DNA from: Podarcis pityusensis
Lineage: Eukaryota
Assembly (NCBI GenBank): GCA_964106645.2
Contig: OZ067044.1
Length of the DNA stretch: 64,000 nt
Direction: 5' to 3' (one strand)
Position numbers and translations under genes: made by a program. Below the pieces are notes generated by a model. That model had not been told where the DNA came from. It saw only the letters and a list, made by a program, of their open reading frames with translations, and searched no databases. Every line of letters starts with the position of its first letter. The first letter of the stretch is position 1. Below are positions 22,424 through 35,245 of this stretch, piece by piece.

Positions 22424-22841
22424 AACATAGGAAGCTTAGGAACATAGAAAGCTGGCTAGTAGCAGGTCAGGCTATTGGCCCATCTAGACCATGATCATCT
22501 GCTCTGACTGACAGTCTCTCTCCAGGTACATAGGAACATCGGAAGCTCCCATTGCCTCATTTGGGTCTGTTTTGTCTACAGTGACTGGCAACAGCTCTGC
22601 AGGGTTTCAGACAAGGGTCATGCCCAGTTCTACCTGGCAATGCTGTGAACGGAACTTGGGATCTTTCTCATGCAAAGCAGATGATCCGCCACGGAGCTAC
22701 AGTTCATCCTACATCTCAAGCAAAATTATGTGGATGCATCTTTAAAAGAAGTCTTTCTCGCCATCAGCTACCAGATCCTGTTAACTGGAGATGCCAGAGA
22801 TTGAAACGGAGACCTTCTGCATGAAAAGCATGGGCTCAACC
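22424..22841 (-). mobile_element. Two Squam2-like SINEs, one apparently nested in the other
   Basis: Tail (AACATAGGAAGC..) at 22424-22525, a full copy at 22528-22702, and a head (CTGGAGATGCCAGAGATTGAAAC..ACCTTCTGCATG) at 22750-22841. Confidence 0.7.
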
Positions 22842-23146
22842 TCGATCTCTCCCCCATCTGCCGCCTCAAGTAATTAGGGAAGATACCTTCTGGTTGTTTA
22901 TATTGTGATTCATACTACAGTGACTGCTTTCATTTGACTTAAAAAATATCTAGTAGCCAAATATTGTTTGGTGGGCAGTGGCCACATGGTTAGACCAGAT
23001 TGGAAAGACCTGGTTTTAAATTTCTTCTCAGCCATTAAGTTCCCTGTGAGGGCACTGATAAAAACCACTCTCTATCAAAACTACCAGCCTCATGGGATTG
23101 CTGCAAAGACAAAATGGGATGTACGTGGCCCTGAATAAGGAACAAA

Positions 23147-23435
23147 TGTATATCGGGGACTGGCTGGATGAGGAAGAGTGGTGGGAGCCACCCGCCCAAG
23201 AGCCCCATGGGGAGGACACAGAAGACCATGATTTAGATCCCTTATTGTGGTGATGGGACACTGAAGAGCAGTATGCAGAAGGGATGAGTTGGGATGTGCT
23301 GGAAGCAGGGGGTTTGAGTGATCAACGGGGGGTGTCAGGAGAAGGAAGGTCTTCCAGGACAGGATTAGATGCTGAGAGTCTTAGTGTGAGAACAGGCTCA
23401 GATAAAGGGGAGTTGGAGGTTTCCCCTGAAGACTA
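23147..23435 (+). mobile_element. Probable Gypsy LTR 5' fragment
   Basis: Starts TGT..GGGGACTGGCTGGATGAGGAAGAGTGGTGGGAG, a purine-rich U3-like sequence recognised from lizard LTRs. Confidence 0.45.
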
Positions 23436-23520
23436 AAATCTACCCCCTCTTTGATTTAACTCTATGCTGAGCACAAATATTAATGGTGGAATATATATGG
23501 GCAATAGTTGGATGAATATA

Positions 23521-23748
23521 GGGCTGGTCCACTGTCCCTCAGACCTTGTGGTGGGCCGGACTATTTTTTTTTGGGGGGGGGAGAATGAACGAATTCCTAT
23601 GCCCCGCAAATAACCCAGAGATGCATTTTAAATAAAAGGACACCTTCTAGTCATGTAAAAACACGCTGATTCCCGGACCGTCCACAGGCCAGACTGAGAA
23701 GGCTATTGGGCCGGATCCAGCCCCCAGGCCTTAGCTGGCCTACCCATG
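23521..23748 (-). mobile_element. OC1/Charlie-like hAT MITE (one end truncated)
   Basis: Reverse-complement homolog of the full copy at 51907-52161. Confidence 0.85.
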
Positions 23749-25049
23749 GGCTAGGGGCTAGGCACACATCCTGTAAGATTTCACTCACCCACCTGAATAT
23801 TGAAAGGTGGTGCAAGATCTGCAGTACACACCTCCCATACCTGTTCATTTATTGATTTATAATCAGTGCCTTCATTGAGCATGCCTCAGTCTATGGGGTA
23901 AAAGTACGGTGCTACAGTCTCTGATATGCTGGTGTTGGATGGAAGAAGTGGAAGGGACATTGCTGCACAATGAGAAGCTGGTCTCAATGCCATACAGACT
24001 GCAAACTTGGGATTCCATCAGGGTGAGAAATTGGAGAAGCAGTATTATAGCGATGCCCCTCCCCACGTGGTTCGGATGCCTAGCTTGTATCCACCAGGAG
24101 TCATGTGTTCAGTATTGCAAGTCCTATCTTACCGAACTCCCAGCTGAACTTCCAGTGCTTACCAAAGACTTTATTACAGTATTATTATTTCGGCAGACTT
24201 TTTAATTGAATTCTGATTTTGTTCTTTAACACATTTTTAGTTTCATTGTGTCCATTCTCTTTTACATCACTTAGAAATGCCTGTGATTATACAAATCACT
24301 GAAATAAAATAAGAGAACGAAAAGCGAGAAGTTGCTTTTGTTAAATATCTGTATTCATCCTAATGCTACAAAGAATGAGGCCATTAGGGTTGCAAAATAA
24401 ATGACACAGGAATGGTACAGCTAGGAAATGTTAGACTCTGACTTAATCTGAGGCTGTTTAGGTACCAATATATATTACTTCAAAGTATGTGAGCCCCAGC
24501 ACCATTGTAACAGAGGATCTTAAGCTCATTGCTTGAATCACAAGACATACATAGCTTGCTTACCAGAGTACCATGATCACTGAATATAAGCAACGAGCGC
24601 TTTCCGACAAGGCCAATTCCAATTAAAAAGCAAATTAAACAACCATATTTCAAGAAGCAACGTATAAACTGAATAATTCCAAGGACTAATCAATTATTGC
24701 CCAGTGCCTGCGAGTAAATGGCAAGCAGCATTCTGCAGCGCACATTCTATTTGTACTTTGAATTCTTTAGCTAAGTTAATTCATGTTCGCTTAAGAGACA
24801 GCCTATGAATTTCTGAATGATCTCCTTGTCTGGCAAGTGTGAAATCGAAGGACAGGGTCTCATCTCCCCCCTCCCCCCAATGTAAAAGCTTTTGATTTGA
24901 AAGCTTTTGATTTTTAATGTCGACAGAAACTTCTTTTAACAAAATAAATAAATTTCTGTAGTGGGGGGTGGGGGTGGGGGAGGGAGAAGACAGAGATGAA
25001 GGCTGTGAAGAGAAGGCAGAAAGAGAATGATAATTGTTTTCTCTAAGGC

Positions 25050-25335
25050 TATTATTTAATGTGAAAGCAAATAGTCAGCCCGAGAAAACCAGCTAACAGA
25101 AGGGGATTAAGGAGAGTCGATCTCGAAGTGGCTTGATTCCTAGCAGTGCTGCTGTCTCTCTTCAGACAGTGACGAGGTGCAGGCGGAGAAGGCGGCGGCA
25201 GCAGCAGCAGCAGCAGCAGTTCTCCAGATGGCTGAAGAAAGTGTTTGTCTTGGGTTACTGCAGGGCAGTCTGGACTCGGAGAGCAGGCGGCCTTGGGAAC
25301 GGGCTTCATTAGGGACCAAGTTGCATGCCCACTAA

Positions 25336-25367
<32 letters not shown>

Positions 25368-25793
25368 AATGAAAGGAAAAGCAGGCAGGCTGCCCAAGAG
25401 GGACTGGGCTTGACTATTGTTAACATATACTTGACCCCCCTCCTCTCCGCTCATGACACAGATGTCTCCTACCTCTATCACCTCCCACTGCTTTAAGCCC
25501 TCCCCCCTGCACCTGGGTAGCTGAGCCAGGCCAGCTGCTTGCAGTATGCTGTTTGACTTTAGAGGTGGCTGCTAGCAGAGGGGGGGGGGGGAGGAAAGAG
25601 AGAGTCAGACGCACGCACACATATACATACGGAGACGCGCGCACACACATCCACACGCGCGCGCGAGGGGAGAACAAACAAACAAACGGCGGAGCCTTTC
25701 CTGCAGGGCGGATCTGTGCACAGACATTACATGGAGCTGCTTCCCCAGGCGGGCGGGCGCATGGGAAGCCTGCAAATCTATGCATCGCCGCCT

Positions 25794-25838
<45 letters not shown>

Positions 25839-27000
25839 CGGCGGCGGCGGCAGGAGGAGGCAGGCGCACCGCCACTGACAGCGCGTAAGATCCACCGCTT
25901 GGACTCTCAGCTCACATTTTTCGTCTGCAACAATAACAGCGACCACGGGCGGCCGCCGAGGAGGAGGAACTGAGCATTCCGCATCGGGCTACTTGGAGGA
26001 CTTTTATTTTCCATTCTTCTTGCTACGCTGATTCTTATATGCGCTTTCTTGAGCCTTTGGCACCCCCGAGAAGCTCTCCCTCGCGCGGATCCTCCTTTCC
26101 TTCCCCCCACCCTTTTTTATTAAAAAGAAAGAGAGAGAAACCACACGCGTAAGAACAGCTGGAGTTTTGCTTCGTCTTTCCTCGTTTCCTTCGCGTCGTT
26201 TGGACCTTTTCGCGTGTGAACGTGGATGATCCGGAGCGGGGAAGGAAGAGAAGGAAGCGAAGCCACATTGCGTCGCCCCTTTTTCCTCTCCCGGGTCCCC
26301 GCCGGCCGGCAGCCTGGGCTGTCCGAGCTCCGCCAAGGAGGACTGGAACTTTTTATTTTCAGCTCTCTGCCTGGGGCGAATGGTGGGAGTCTCCGGTCCT
26401 TTGCAATGTAAGTAACACCTACCCACCCACCTACCTTACACCCCCGACCGGCCAGCCGGCAGCAAGGCATGCGGAGGGACTAGGAATTGGCGCGCCACTA
26501 GATCCCGGAGCTGGACTGCGGGATGGGTTGGGTTGCGCGCAGCCTCGGTCCCCGGATTTCATTCCCCTTTCTGCCCTTTGCTTAGGCGGGATCCTGTGGT
26601 TGTTAACAGTTAACTAACCCGCTAACACGGCTTGGAGTTGCTGTTGCCGCGGTAGCAAACCGCGCAAAGGATAGGATTGCATGCGAAACCAAACCAAACA
26701 CCCCGCTACTCTCAGCTCTCGATTTTGTCCCTTTCCGAAAGTGACCAAAGAGCAAAAAGTTTTATGGGGAAAAATAAGCTCCGTCTGCAACATCGGTTCG
26801 AATTCGAGTATAAGTCTCCTTGAGCTCAAGTGCTTAAATTTGAAATGGGCTCAGTTCAGTAACCCATCTTCCCCACCCTCGCGCCAAAACGAGTGCGACC
26901 ACCACAGTGCCTCTGAGCGCGTGCAGAGTGCTATTGTTTACTGCCGAGTAACCGCAACAACGTATCTGGGATGGGGATGCGGCGGGGCTTCTGATTCAGA
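25050..27000 (+). promoter_or_regulatory. RUNX1T1: CpG island / distal RUNX1T1 promoter
   Basis: Sharp rise in GC and CpG density, (GA)n tracts at 25342-25367 and 25795-25833, and (CGG)/(CAG) runs. Lies upstream of the recognised RUNX1T1 exons. Confidence 0.85.
25850..26407 (+). other. RUNX1T1: Putative non-coding first exon (start approximate)
   Basis: Consensus donor CAAT|GTAAGT at 26408 inside the CpG island. The TSS cannot be determined from sequence. Confidence 0.55.
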
Positions 27001-27093
27001 AAACAGGTTTTCCAGGCTGGTATGAGATCTCCTTTTGCGAATTAACCCATAGTCTCATCTCTGTTTCTTTTCTTTTTGTCCCTCTATTTCAAG

Positions 27094-27227
27094 ATGATCC
27101 TTGCTCGATATGAGCTCATGTGATCAAGAGCGCTTGAAATGTAATGTTTTCAACCTAGACAGTATGGATCGAAACTGTAAATCACGGAAAGCGCTGTAGA
27201 CATATTTTTCTCACAGATATATTTCAG
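27094..27227 (+). other. Candidate cassette 5'-UTR exon
   Basis: Long pyrimidine tract + TTCAAG| acceptor (27093) and CAG|GTAAAG donor (27228). Begins with a 9-codon uORF MILARYELM*. Confidence 0.4.
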
Positions 27228-27454
27228 GTAAAGGATATCCCATTTAATTTCTGTATAATCAAGTGCAGAATGAAACATGAACAAATCTTTGATCTCTGTA
27301 TTGTCACTTTACTGTTACATATAAAAATGATTAACAATAATTCGAGATCAGGAACTTCCAGATTTGTTTATTAATGTATGTCACTGGACATTTCAAAGAT
27401 CTGATCTAGACTGTATTGCAGAGAACTTTAGCATTTTGGTAAGTTTTGTAAACT

Positions 27455-28070
27455 TGCAGCAATCTCCTAAATACATTTACTTAGAAGTAAGACTCATTGA
27501 GTTCAATGGAGCTTTCTCCCAGGTAAGTAAGTATGTTTAGGATAGAATTTCAGCCTTAGCCAAGGAGTGTCTCTCTTGGAATAAACACAATGAACAGGTC
27601 ACAAAAGATAGGAAGCTTAGTTGGCCATTTACTTTTTTCACTGGCTTGAAGTTTCATTTATTTTAATGTAATTTCAGTACTATGAGTGGTGCATCACTGA
27701 ATCTCCTGTAGTACCAAATTGTTTTGGAATGTCAGACTTCTTACTGTATTATTTAGAAATGGAAGTGGAACCTCTATTATGGACCATATGGACTCATTCA
27801 GGTTACCGAGCTACTAAATGCATACAATTTATGCTATGTAAGAGAAAAGCAGTCATTGCTACTACATTTTGAAATAGTGGAGGATTTGTGTAATTTTTAT
27901 GTTTGTCTGGAAGTAAGTCCTGCTGTGTCCAAGAGGGGCTTATGCCTAGCTAAAAGGTCTATCAGATTGCATCCTTACAGCACAATCCTGTGCATGTCTA
28001 CTCAGGGAATTAGCTCAGCTGAGTTCAATGAGACTTGTTCCCAGGTGTTTATGTTTAGGATATTGCAGGC
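27455..28070. mobile_element. Cluster of degenerate ~90-bp hairpin elements
   Basis: Three copies (27455-27545, ~27895-27975, 27980-28070) of the GCAATCC..TACT.AGAAGTAAG.C.CATTGAGTTCAATG.GACTT..CCCAGGT..AGGATTGC motif. Confidence 0.65.
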
Positions 28071-28089
28071 TAAGTCTCCCTGCGATTGA

Positions 28090-28270
28090 GGGCAAAGGCT
28101 CTAGGTAGTTTACAGTTCACATGCAGAAGGGCTCATGTTCAATTCCTTGCCTCTCCAGGTAGATTCTCTGTCTAAATACAAGAGAGCTGCTAGCAGTCAG
28201 TGTCAACAATATTGAACTAGGTATACCAGTAGCCTGACTTCCTATAGTATATCTTGCAATGGGAGATTTC
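28090..28270 (+). mobile_element. Squam2-like SINE, degenerate
   Basis: CATGCAGAAGGGCTCATGTTCAATTCC..CTCCAGGTAG..GAGAGCTGCTAGCAGTCAGTGTCAACAATATTGAACTAG. Confidence 0.65.
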
Positions 28271-31200
28271 CTAGCAAATGTTATAAATGTTATAATGTGG
28301 CCCACTTCCTTGATGGATTACTTCTGAGTCTTGGAATGCACTGCTCGGGTTTTGCTTCAGCAGAAATTCATGTACTTAATGTAACTATGACCCCTTTAAC
28401 TTTTAACATTGCTTTCCCTAATTAATCTGTTCAGGCCCCAGACTTAAATGGCTGTCCACAGCTGCTGAAAATTGATTTTTCCCTTGATGGTGGTCTGAGT
28501 TGCTGACCAAATCAGATTTTCCCCCCTCCATCAGTTGTAGACCAACTTTAAATCTGTTTTGATATTCTGTATTAATATAATAATAAAAACCCAGACACAC
28601 AAATACCCCTGACAAACAAAAATCTATGTGATCTGAAATCTGATCTCCGTGATGTTTGTGTTGTTATGGTGATAGTCTTAAAGTGCTCTTAAAAGTAAAA
28701 TAGAAAACTTAAATTGGCATTTTTATTTCAGTGTCTTTATGGATTTAAGAATTTACCAAGAGACTTACCTTATGCTGACCTGATATATTATCAGTTTTTA
28801 TTTTAATTTCTGGCTGATTACACAGAGGATATGACACAGATACAGATCTAATAATATTAGTCTCTAATGGTTGTGCCATAGTTCCCTTTTCAATTCTTTT
28901 TCAATTCCTTCGAGATTATTTCCTAAGGAAAGTGAACCAGCATGATTTTCAACAGCTGTGGAAACTCTTAGGAAATTTAGACTGCCTTCCCTACACAATC
29001 CGAGTGCCGGATTCTAAAAATCTGAAAATTGTTTACTTAGCAGTGTCCCTTAGAAAAATATCCAGCCCAAAGTTTCTTGCATTCTAACAAACGACTTGCA
29101 AGCTGTTGTGTTAGCCAGCCATCTTTCTTAATTATTACTGCAAAACTTTTCTGGTCAGTGTATCAAATTTCATTGTGTATTTTTACTACCATAGCACATG
29201 TTGAATTGGATTGGTGGATTCTCCCTCTTCCATCCCCCCCAACTTCCCCTCACCCCCCCCCCCTTGGCATAAAAACTGTAGAGCACTGTAAATTAAAACA
29301 CAAAAAAAATTGCAAGTATAGATATCCCATGCCGATGACTTAATACAAAACCCAGCCCTCTTTCATGCTGTGTTTATGAGAAATAAGACTTTTGTCTTCA
29401 AAACTCTTGTGAACGAGCTCACATTCCCTTTTGCAGTGGAATGCAGACTGCATTCTGGTAACTGCTGCTGCTCGCTATGTTTTGCTCCAGGAGTGTCCAT
29501 CTTTTTCCTAAAATGCTTTTGTTTTAAAAGATTTATTTTTATACGCACTCCCTTGGTTAACCCAAACTGATGGGAACACTCCATCAAAGCATTGTGAGCA
29601 TACACCATTGTCCGCGTGGCACTATGTCTTCTTAATACTTGAACTGCATGTACGCCTCTGCCAGCATCATGCCTTGTGATTCTGTATAGAGGAGGAGGAG
29701 GAGGACTTTCCTCCACCTGAAGCCCGCCCTGGTCAGTGGCCAGCAAGCCCCCAGGCATTCTTCCCTGTCAACTCCTGTTTCTCACCCTTCTGAAATGGAG
29801 CTCAGCTGACAAGCATTGAATGCAAAGCCTGCTGCACTAAGGCTGCATGGCGCTTTGCTAGCAAGGCGCTGTGAACAAAAATGGGCATCTGTGTCGTATT
29901 TGCATTGTGGACAGGAGGGGGAAGGGCTGCTACCATGGACGTTTTCATTGTTCAACTTTGTTTGCCGCAAGCTCGTTACTGTTAAAATATTTAGCTAATT
30001 GAAAAGCGACACAACTGTGTGTCAGTATCGTGCTCCCATTTTCGGGGGGAAATAAACACTTCCAACACTGCCACCTCCTTTGTCCTGTGCGAACTTAAGT
30101 TGACACTTGGCGATCAAAAAGCCTTATCAGCAGAAATAAAACAGGGACTTGCTGCGGGATAGAAACGTTTGTATCTGGTGGATTGGTTAAATCTGGATGA
30201 GGTGTTTTTTTAAAAAATGGTGCTTTTTCACTGAGTCTTGTCGATAGTTATAGGGCCCTTAGAAGTACACAGAAATCTAAGTATCGGTATTAAAATGTAA
30301 ATGACCCTGTTTCTCACAAAAGAATGGCCTCCAGTGCAAAATTTTCTTAACTCTCCACATTCCTTTTAACATGATCAGTGCTGCAGAGTCCAGGAAGACA
30401 AACACGTGCAGATAGCACTGCAAAATTACTTCTTAACAGGAGCAAATTCATTGGGTGCACTGGGCATTGCAAATGGCAATGGTCATATTCTAATTCAAGT
30501 CTGCTTTTGTTTTAAGTTGAATATTTTTGTAAAAGCAAATATTTTGAAGCAGAATGGCACTGAAAGGAAGCGCTTAGGAACATAGGTTTTAAACGCGGTC
30601 TAAATTTAGAATGCACGATTAGCTTAATCTGAAAGACATTGACTTCCATCTTCATTAATATCTTTTCCACCACTGATAAGAAAGTTCTCAAATGATGTTT
30701 AAAGAGCAGTGGGTGTTTTATTAAAGTAAGCATGGGTTCACTATAATGGAGGTAATTGTGAGTGATAAGAACAGGGCAGGTTATCTGTATGTTGTTTAAA
30801 CAGAAACAGCTACTTTTGCATCATTCCCAGGAGCCATCTGCGCAAGGGGGGGGGGTGTCACCTGTCTGTCCACCCTAATTATAGGGGGTGGGTGGGAGGA
30901 GAAATAAAAAATGGAGAGGTCTTTTTGGTAATGAAACCCATAGTGATTTTATTGTAAATGAGTCTTGTGTACAGAGGAAGATGCTAATTTTGAAAGGAAA
31001 ACAAACTGCTATATTGACTGCCATGCCCTGGCAGTTGTGAAACAGAATGGGAAGAAAGGGGAATAGGATACTGAATTAACACTGTAGTTTGAGATGTGAG
31101 TGCTCAGTGGTAAAAAATGGTCATTTGGGGTTCATGTTTTTTGTGCTCTTTTTGAGAAGCTCTTGTTCTAATTTTTTTTTAAAAAAGCATTTGCTTCAGT

Positions 31201-34200
31201 ATACTGGGATACAGCTGGTCTTTTCTAGATTGGAGATTTCATATAGCTATTTCTTTACATTTCCCATCTGACTTAGTAGTTTTGGTGCATATGTGTGCTA
31301 ACCTTAAAGGAATTAAGAATGTATTTTGCAAATAAAAGGTCACATGCATTTCTCCCACATCTGTTTATAGTAATTATGAACATAATTAGCATAAGAATTA
31401 CAAGTGAAGTAATGACGAGCTGAGCTGAGCAGTGAGGTATTATAGTATAATGGTCATATGTTGGCATTCTCACATTATAACACACTAGAATTCACATATT
31501 CAATGCAAGAAAGGAAATGCTAGGTTTTGAAGCATTAAAACAGCTAAAAAATCTCTCTGCCTGAGGCAGATGGACTTCCTTGCTTTATAAGGAGGTAACC
31601 CGTTATTAAGAGAGAATCAGCTGAAATTAAGATTTGTAGCCTCAAGCTTGGACTTTCAGACAGCTGTGATTATGAATGGTTCGTCTGTTACACATTTTTA
31701 CTCTGACCACCGTGTATATTGCTTTCTTTAAGGCGAAAAGGGGGGAGGGAGAAGTGGGCAGAACAAACATTTTCACAACAAATGATTTGTTCTAAAAACA
31801 TGGCAGTTTTCTGTGAGATCTACCAGATAGGAAAGATTTAGATATTACAGTTCCTGTAATGTCTAAAATATATCTTAAATCTGGAAAATAAATGCTAATA
31901 TTTTGAGAAGACTCTCCTCCCCTCACCACCATAGGAAAACGTTCTGGAGACCCAGGGCCCAATCCATGGTAATTTTGCTTTACATCATGGCTGCACAGCT
32001 ATGTCCTGTGGTGCATAGTTTGCATAGAATAGGCATAAGAGTAGTTTCTGGAAGATTCTGATCATTATTTAACTAACAACCCACCCTGTGCATTTTTACT
32101 TGAAGTAAGTCCACTGTGTTCAATAGGACTTACACTACAGCCGAAGACCATCTGTGGATTCCCCAGAAAGCATCCCTGATTCGTGCAGATTTGCTGCTGG
32201 AGCAAATGCACCCAGCTGAAGCAAATTGAGCATACTTTTCATTCTCTTTATAATGTATGCTTGATTTCTATCGAATATAGTTATCCATACATGACCATTA
32301 TAGAAGGCGATGAGGAGGTGGGGAAAAGTTGTTTGCTTTTTGAGAATGAAACAATCTGTAGAGAACCAGACATCACTTTAGATACATAACATTTTGCTCT
32401 TTCATCAGTGTACATTCAGACATCCTTTCTGGCAGTGATTGTGCAGTTATTCACCTCAAATTTATTTGTAGCAAGTAAAAAAAGAGAAGTTATTGGGACT
32501 TGGTTCTGAGTAACTATGCTGAAGATCAATGTGTGATCACAGAACACTTAACACCGAGCACATTTTGTTGGTATAAGCCTTGCGATGTATTCGGTGGAAT
32601 GAAGAATTAGAAAATAATATCTTGTGCTATGTCCCAATGATACCATGAGGTTTTCACATTATTGGATTAGTAGAGGATTTATGACAGAGTCGTCTTTATG
32701 TGGCATTTCATTACAGTGTCACAATTTTCACACACACACCCTTTCCTCTGGTGTTAAGATTCTGCTTTTGGCCTTTGTCATGTGTCAAGTCCTCTTCCAT
32801 ATATTCTTTGGTGGGGAAAGGAAGCATTTGGTCCAAGTGTATCGCTCTGGCTGCTATAGTTGCCCAGTATTCCCTCTTTTGATTTGTTGATCAGCAGTCA
32901 TCCCAAGGGGAATAGACAATTTTCAAAGTAAATTAATATCATTACCATTATAGTCTTCTCAACATGGAAAAGTTTCATTCCGTGCTCTTTTACTTTTTAA
33001 GAAGAGCCCTGTGGTTCAAGTCAAACATCCATCTGCAGTGTAATCTTATATGTGCTTGCTCAGAAGTAAGCCTTATTGATTTCAGTGGGACTTCTGAAGA
33101 GACATGCTTTGGATGGTGCTGCTAATTTTGCCTTCTTTGTCCAATCTCAGCAAACAGATACTCTCATTTTCCTACTCATATTGAAATACTGCCCCTCAAT
33201 GAGGCCAAACTTAGATTCACAAAATGTTTAGGGGTCTGCGTACCCCTGAGTCCCCCCAGGAAAAAAGCACTGGCTAGAGGTATACTGCTTCTAAGGACAG
33301 ATACCGCATTTAATTATCATGGACAATAACAATTTGTTAATGTTTCCTCCATGAATTTGGCTAATACGCTGGTGCCAGCATATTCAATGAATTATTTTCT
33401 TTATACTTGACTTGATTCTCCATGGTTTCACTGGGTGAACTTAAAATAAGTCATGTGGGGTCTAGATTTCCAAGTCGCCAATTTAATGATAGAAGCCTTA
33501 TGTGGAGAAAGAATAACTACAGTTCTTTTTAGATGCAGAAGTAGTGGATTAAAAAGTATGGATCTCTTTTATTAAAGGTGTTTGCTAAGCTCACTAAATG
33601 CTTAAACAAACAGGAAACCCACAAATGTTCAAAAAAAATGAAAGCAGTACATTAGACATCACTTTAAATTATGAGATTGGACCAGGCAGATAATTGCCCT
33701 TTAATCTGTTTCCACATAAAAGAAATGGCTGAGGAAACTCTTTGCAAGAGGTTGGCGTGTGTATGTGTTTATATGTTGGTATATATTCACCTATTGACAT
33801 GTTGAAGTCTTATGTATTCTAAGTAGATTTCAGCTGGTGGATCAGAACCCAAAATTGGGACATGTCACAGCCTTGGTGCCACCACCATTTTTCTGCCATC
33901 TTTTCAGTGGGTGGTTGCCTTTTAAGAAGGGCCAATCGTGAGAGAGGAGAATGAAAGAGAGAGAGGTGGATGTATAGGGTAAATTAACTGTGTCTCATGT
34001 TGCAGAATGTTAGGAGTTAAGGGGAGTCCCAAGTCTGACAGACTTGAAAACTTACTTTGATGTGTTCAGAATATTTCAGTTTTTCTTCATCAATTTTAAG
34101 AAGGTATGAGAAAACTGAGATGGTTAAGATTACACTTTTTAGAATGAGCAAGTTAAAGAGAGCCAAGTTACTTTGGCCCGTTGGGCAGGTCTTAGTTTGG

Positions 34201-34989
34201 TCCAGATCAGGACAATTCAAATAATGGAGGTAGCAGCATAATCATATATAATCATTATATACCACCTTTCTGCCAAAGGCACCCAAAGAGGTTTGCAATT
34301 TTAAACGACTAAAAATCAAAATTCCTGGTTGCTGCAGGTTGTCAGGAAATGCACCAATAATGGACGAACCTTTTCTTAGGTTCTCCATCCCTCTCCACGT
34401 TACAAGGAGACATTTGAGCCTGCCCTCAATGTGCTTCGTACAAGGGCCTACACTGAGGGAAGTATGAGTACAAATAAGTAATGGTTAGATGAACTTTGCT
34501 TGTTCTTGGTGGATCTTCATGGCCCATTATAATCTGGATGATACGTATTTTACCAAAGAAGACGACGAAGAAGAAAGGAGAAGATAAAACCAGTAAACTG
34601 ATCATGGAAATGAGAGAACCAAAGTTTTAATTTCTAGAACATTCTAATCATGCAGTGGTGAAGGAAATCCGCTTTCCATCTGGAATGCCATCATTGTCCT
34701 TGCTTCATATATTTGCATTTTGGGACCTGGCATTAAGAACTGAGGGGAAGCCCTGGCACAGATCGAACCTCTCCTTTAGGTATTCTATTCAGGCAGACTT
34801 GATTTTTTAAAATTTATTTATTTTTGAAAAAAAGAAGATTTATGGAAAATATTCCCATGAGAAAGGGCCTTTGGCTTAATGGCAGTTTCCCAGGCCGGAA
34901 GATGGGTGCTTCCTTAGCAGGTGTGTCTGTGCATATATGTGCGCCAGAGTTGGGCTTTCCACCCCCATGAGGAGAAGTTTGCTCCCACC

Positions 34990-35245
34990 TCTAGGCGAGT
35001 GCCCCCTCCCTCCTTCTCCGTCTCCCTCTCTCTCTCTGTTTATTTTCCTGCTTCCATCTGGGCCATGCTGATATTGTAATCACCCTGATGCACATTGCCT
35101 CTCCTTCCCCCTCCTTTCTCTCACATACAATGTGCCATCCTGACAAGGCTTTTACTTCAGATAAGCTGCGATGTGTGTTTAATGAATACAAAGCCCTAGC
35201 TGCGCTGCTGCCTCGGCTCCTGCCTGTGCTCTCCTCAGCCAGAAG
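34990..35245 (+). promoter_or_regulatory. RUNX1T1: Second RUNX1T1 promoter / alternative first exon (donor at 35246)
   Basis: ATG 35130 reads MCHPDKAFTSDKLRCVFNEYKA..., matching my recollection of the alternative N-terminus of a human RUNX1T1 isoform (MCHPDKAFTSDKLQCVFNEYKA). Donor CCAGAAG|GTAATC. The 5' boundary is approximate. Confidence 0.8.

Noticed and set aside
25861-25885. REST/RE1 site (GCGCACC..GACAGCGC)
   Set aside because: Both half-sites are imperfect and the spacing is non-canonical. Too weak to call.
25052-27025. Many overlapping 80-150-aa ORFs
   Set aside because: Expected in stop-poor GC-rich CpG-island DNA. Low-complexity translations of microsatellites with no recognisable protein.
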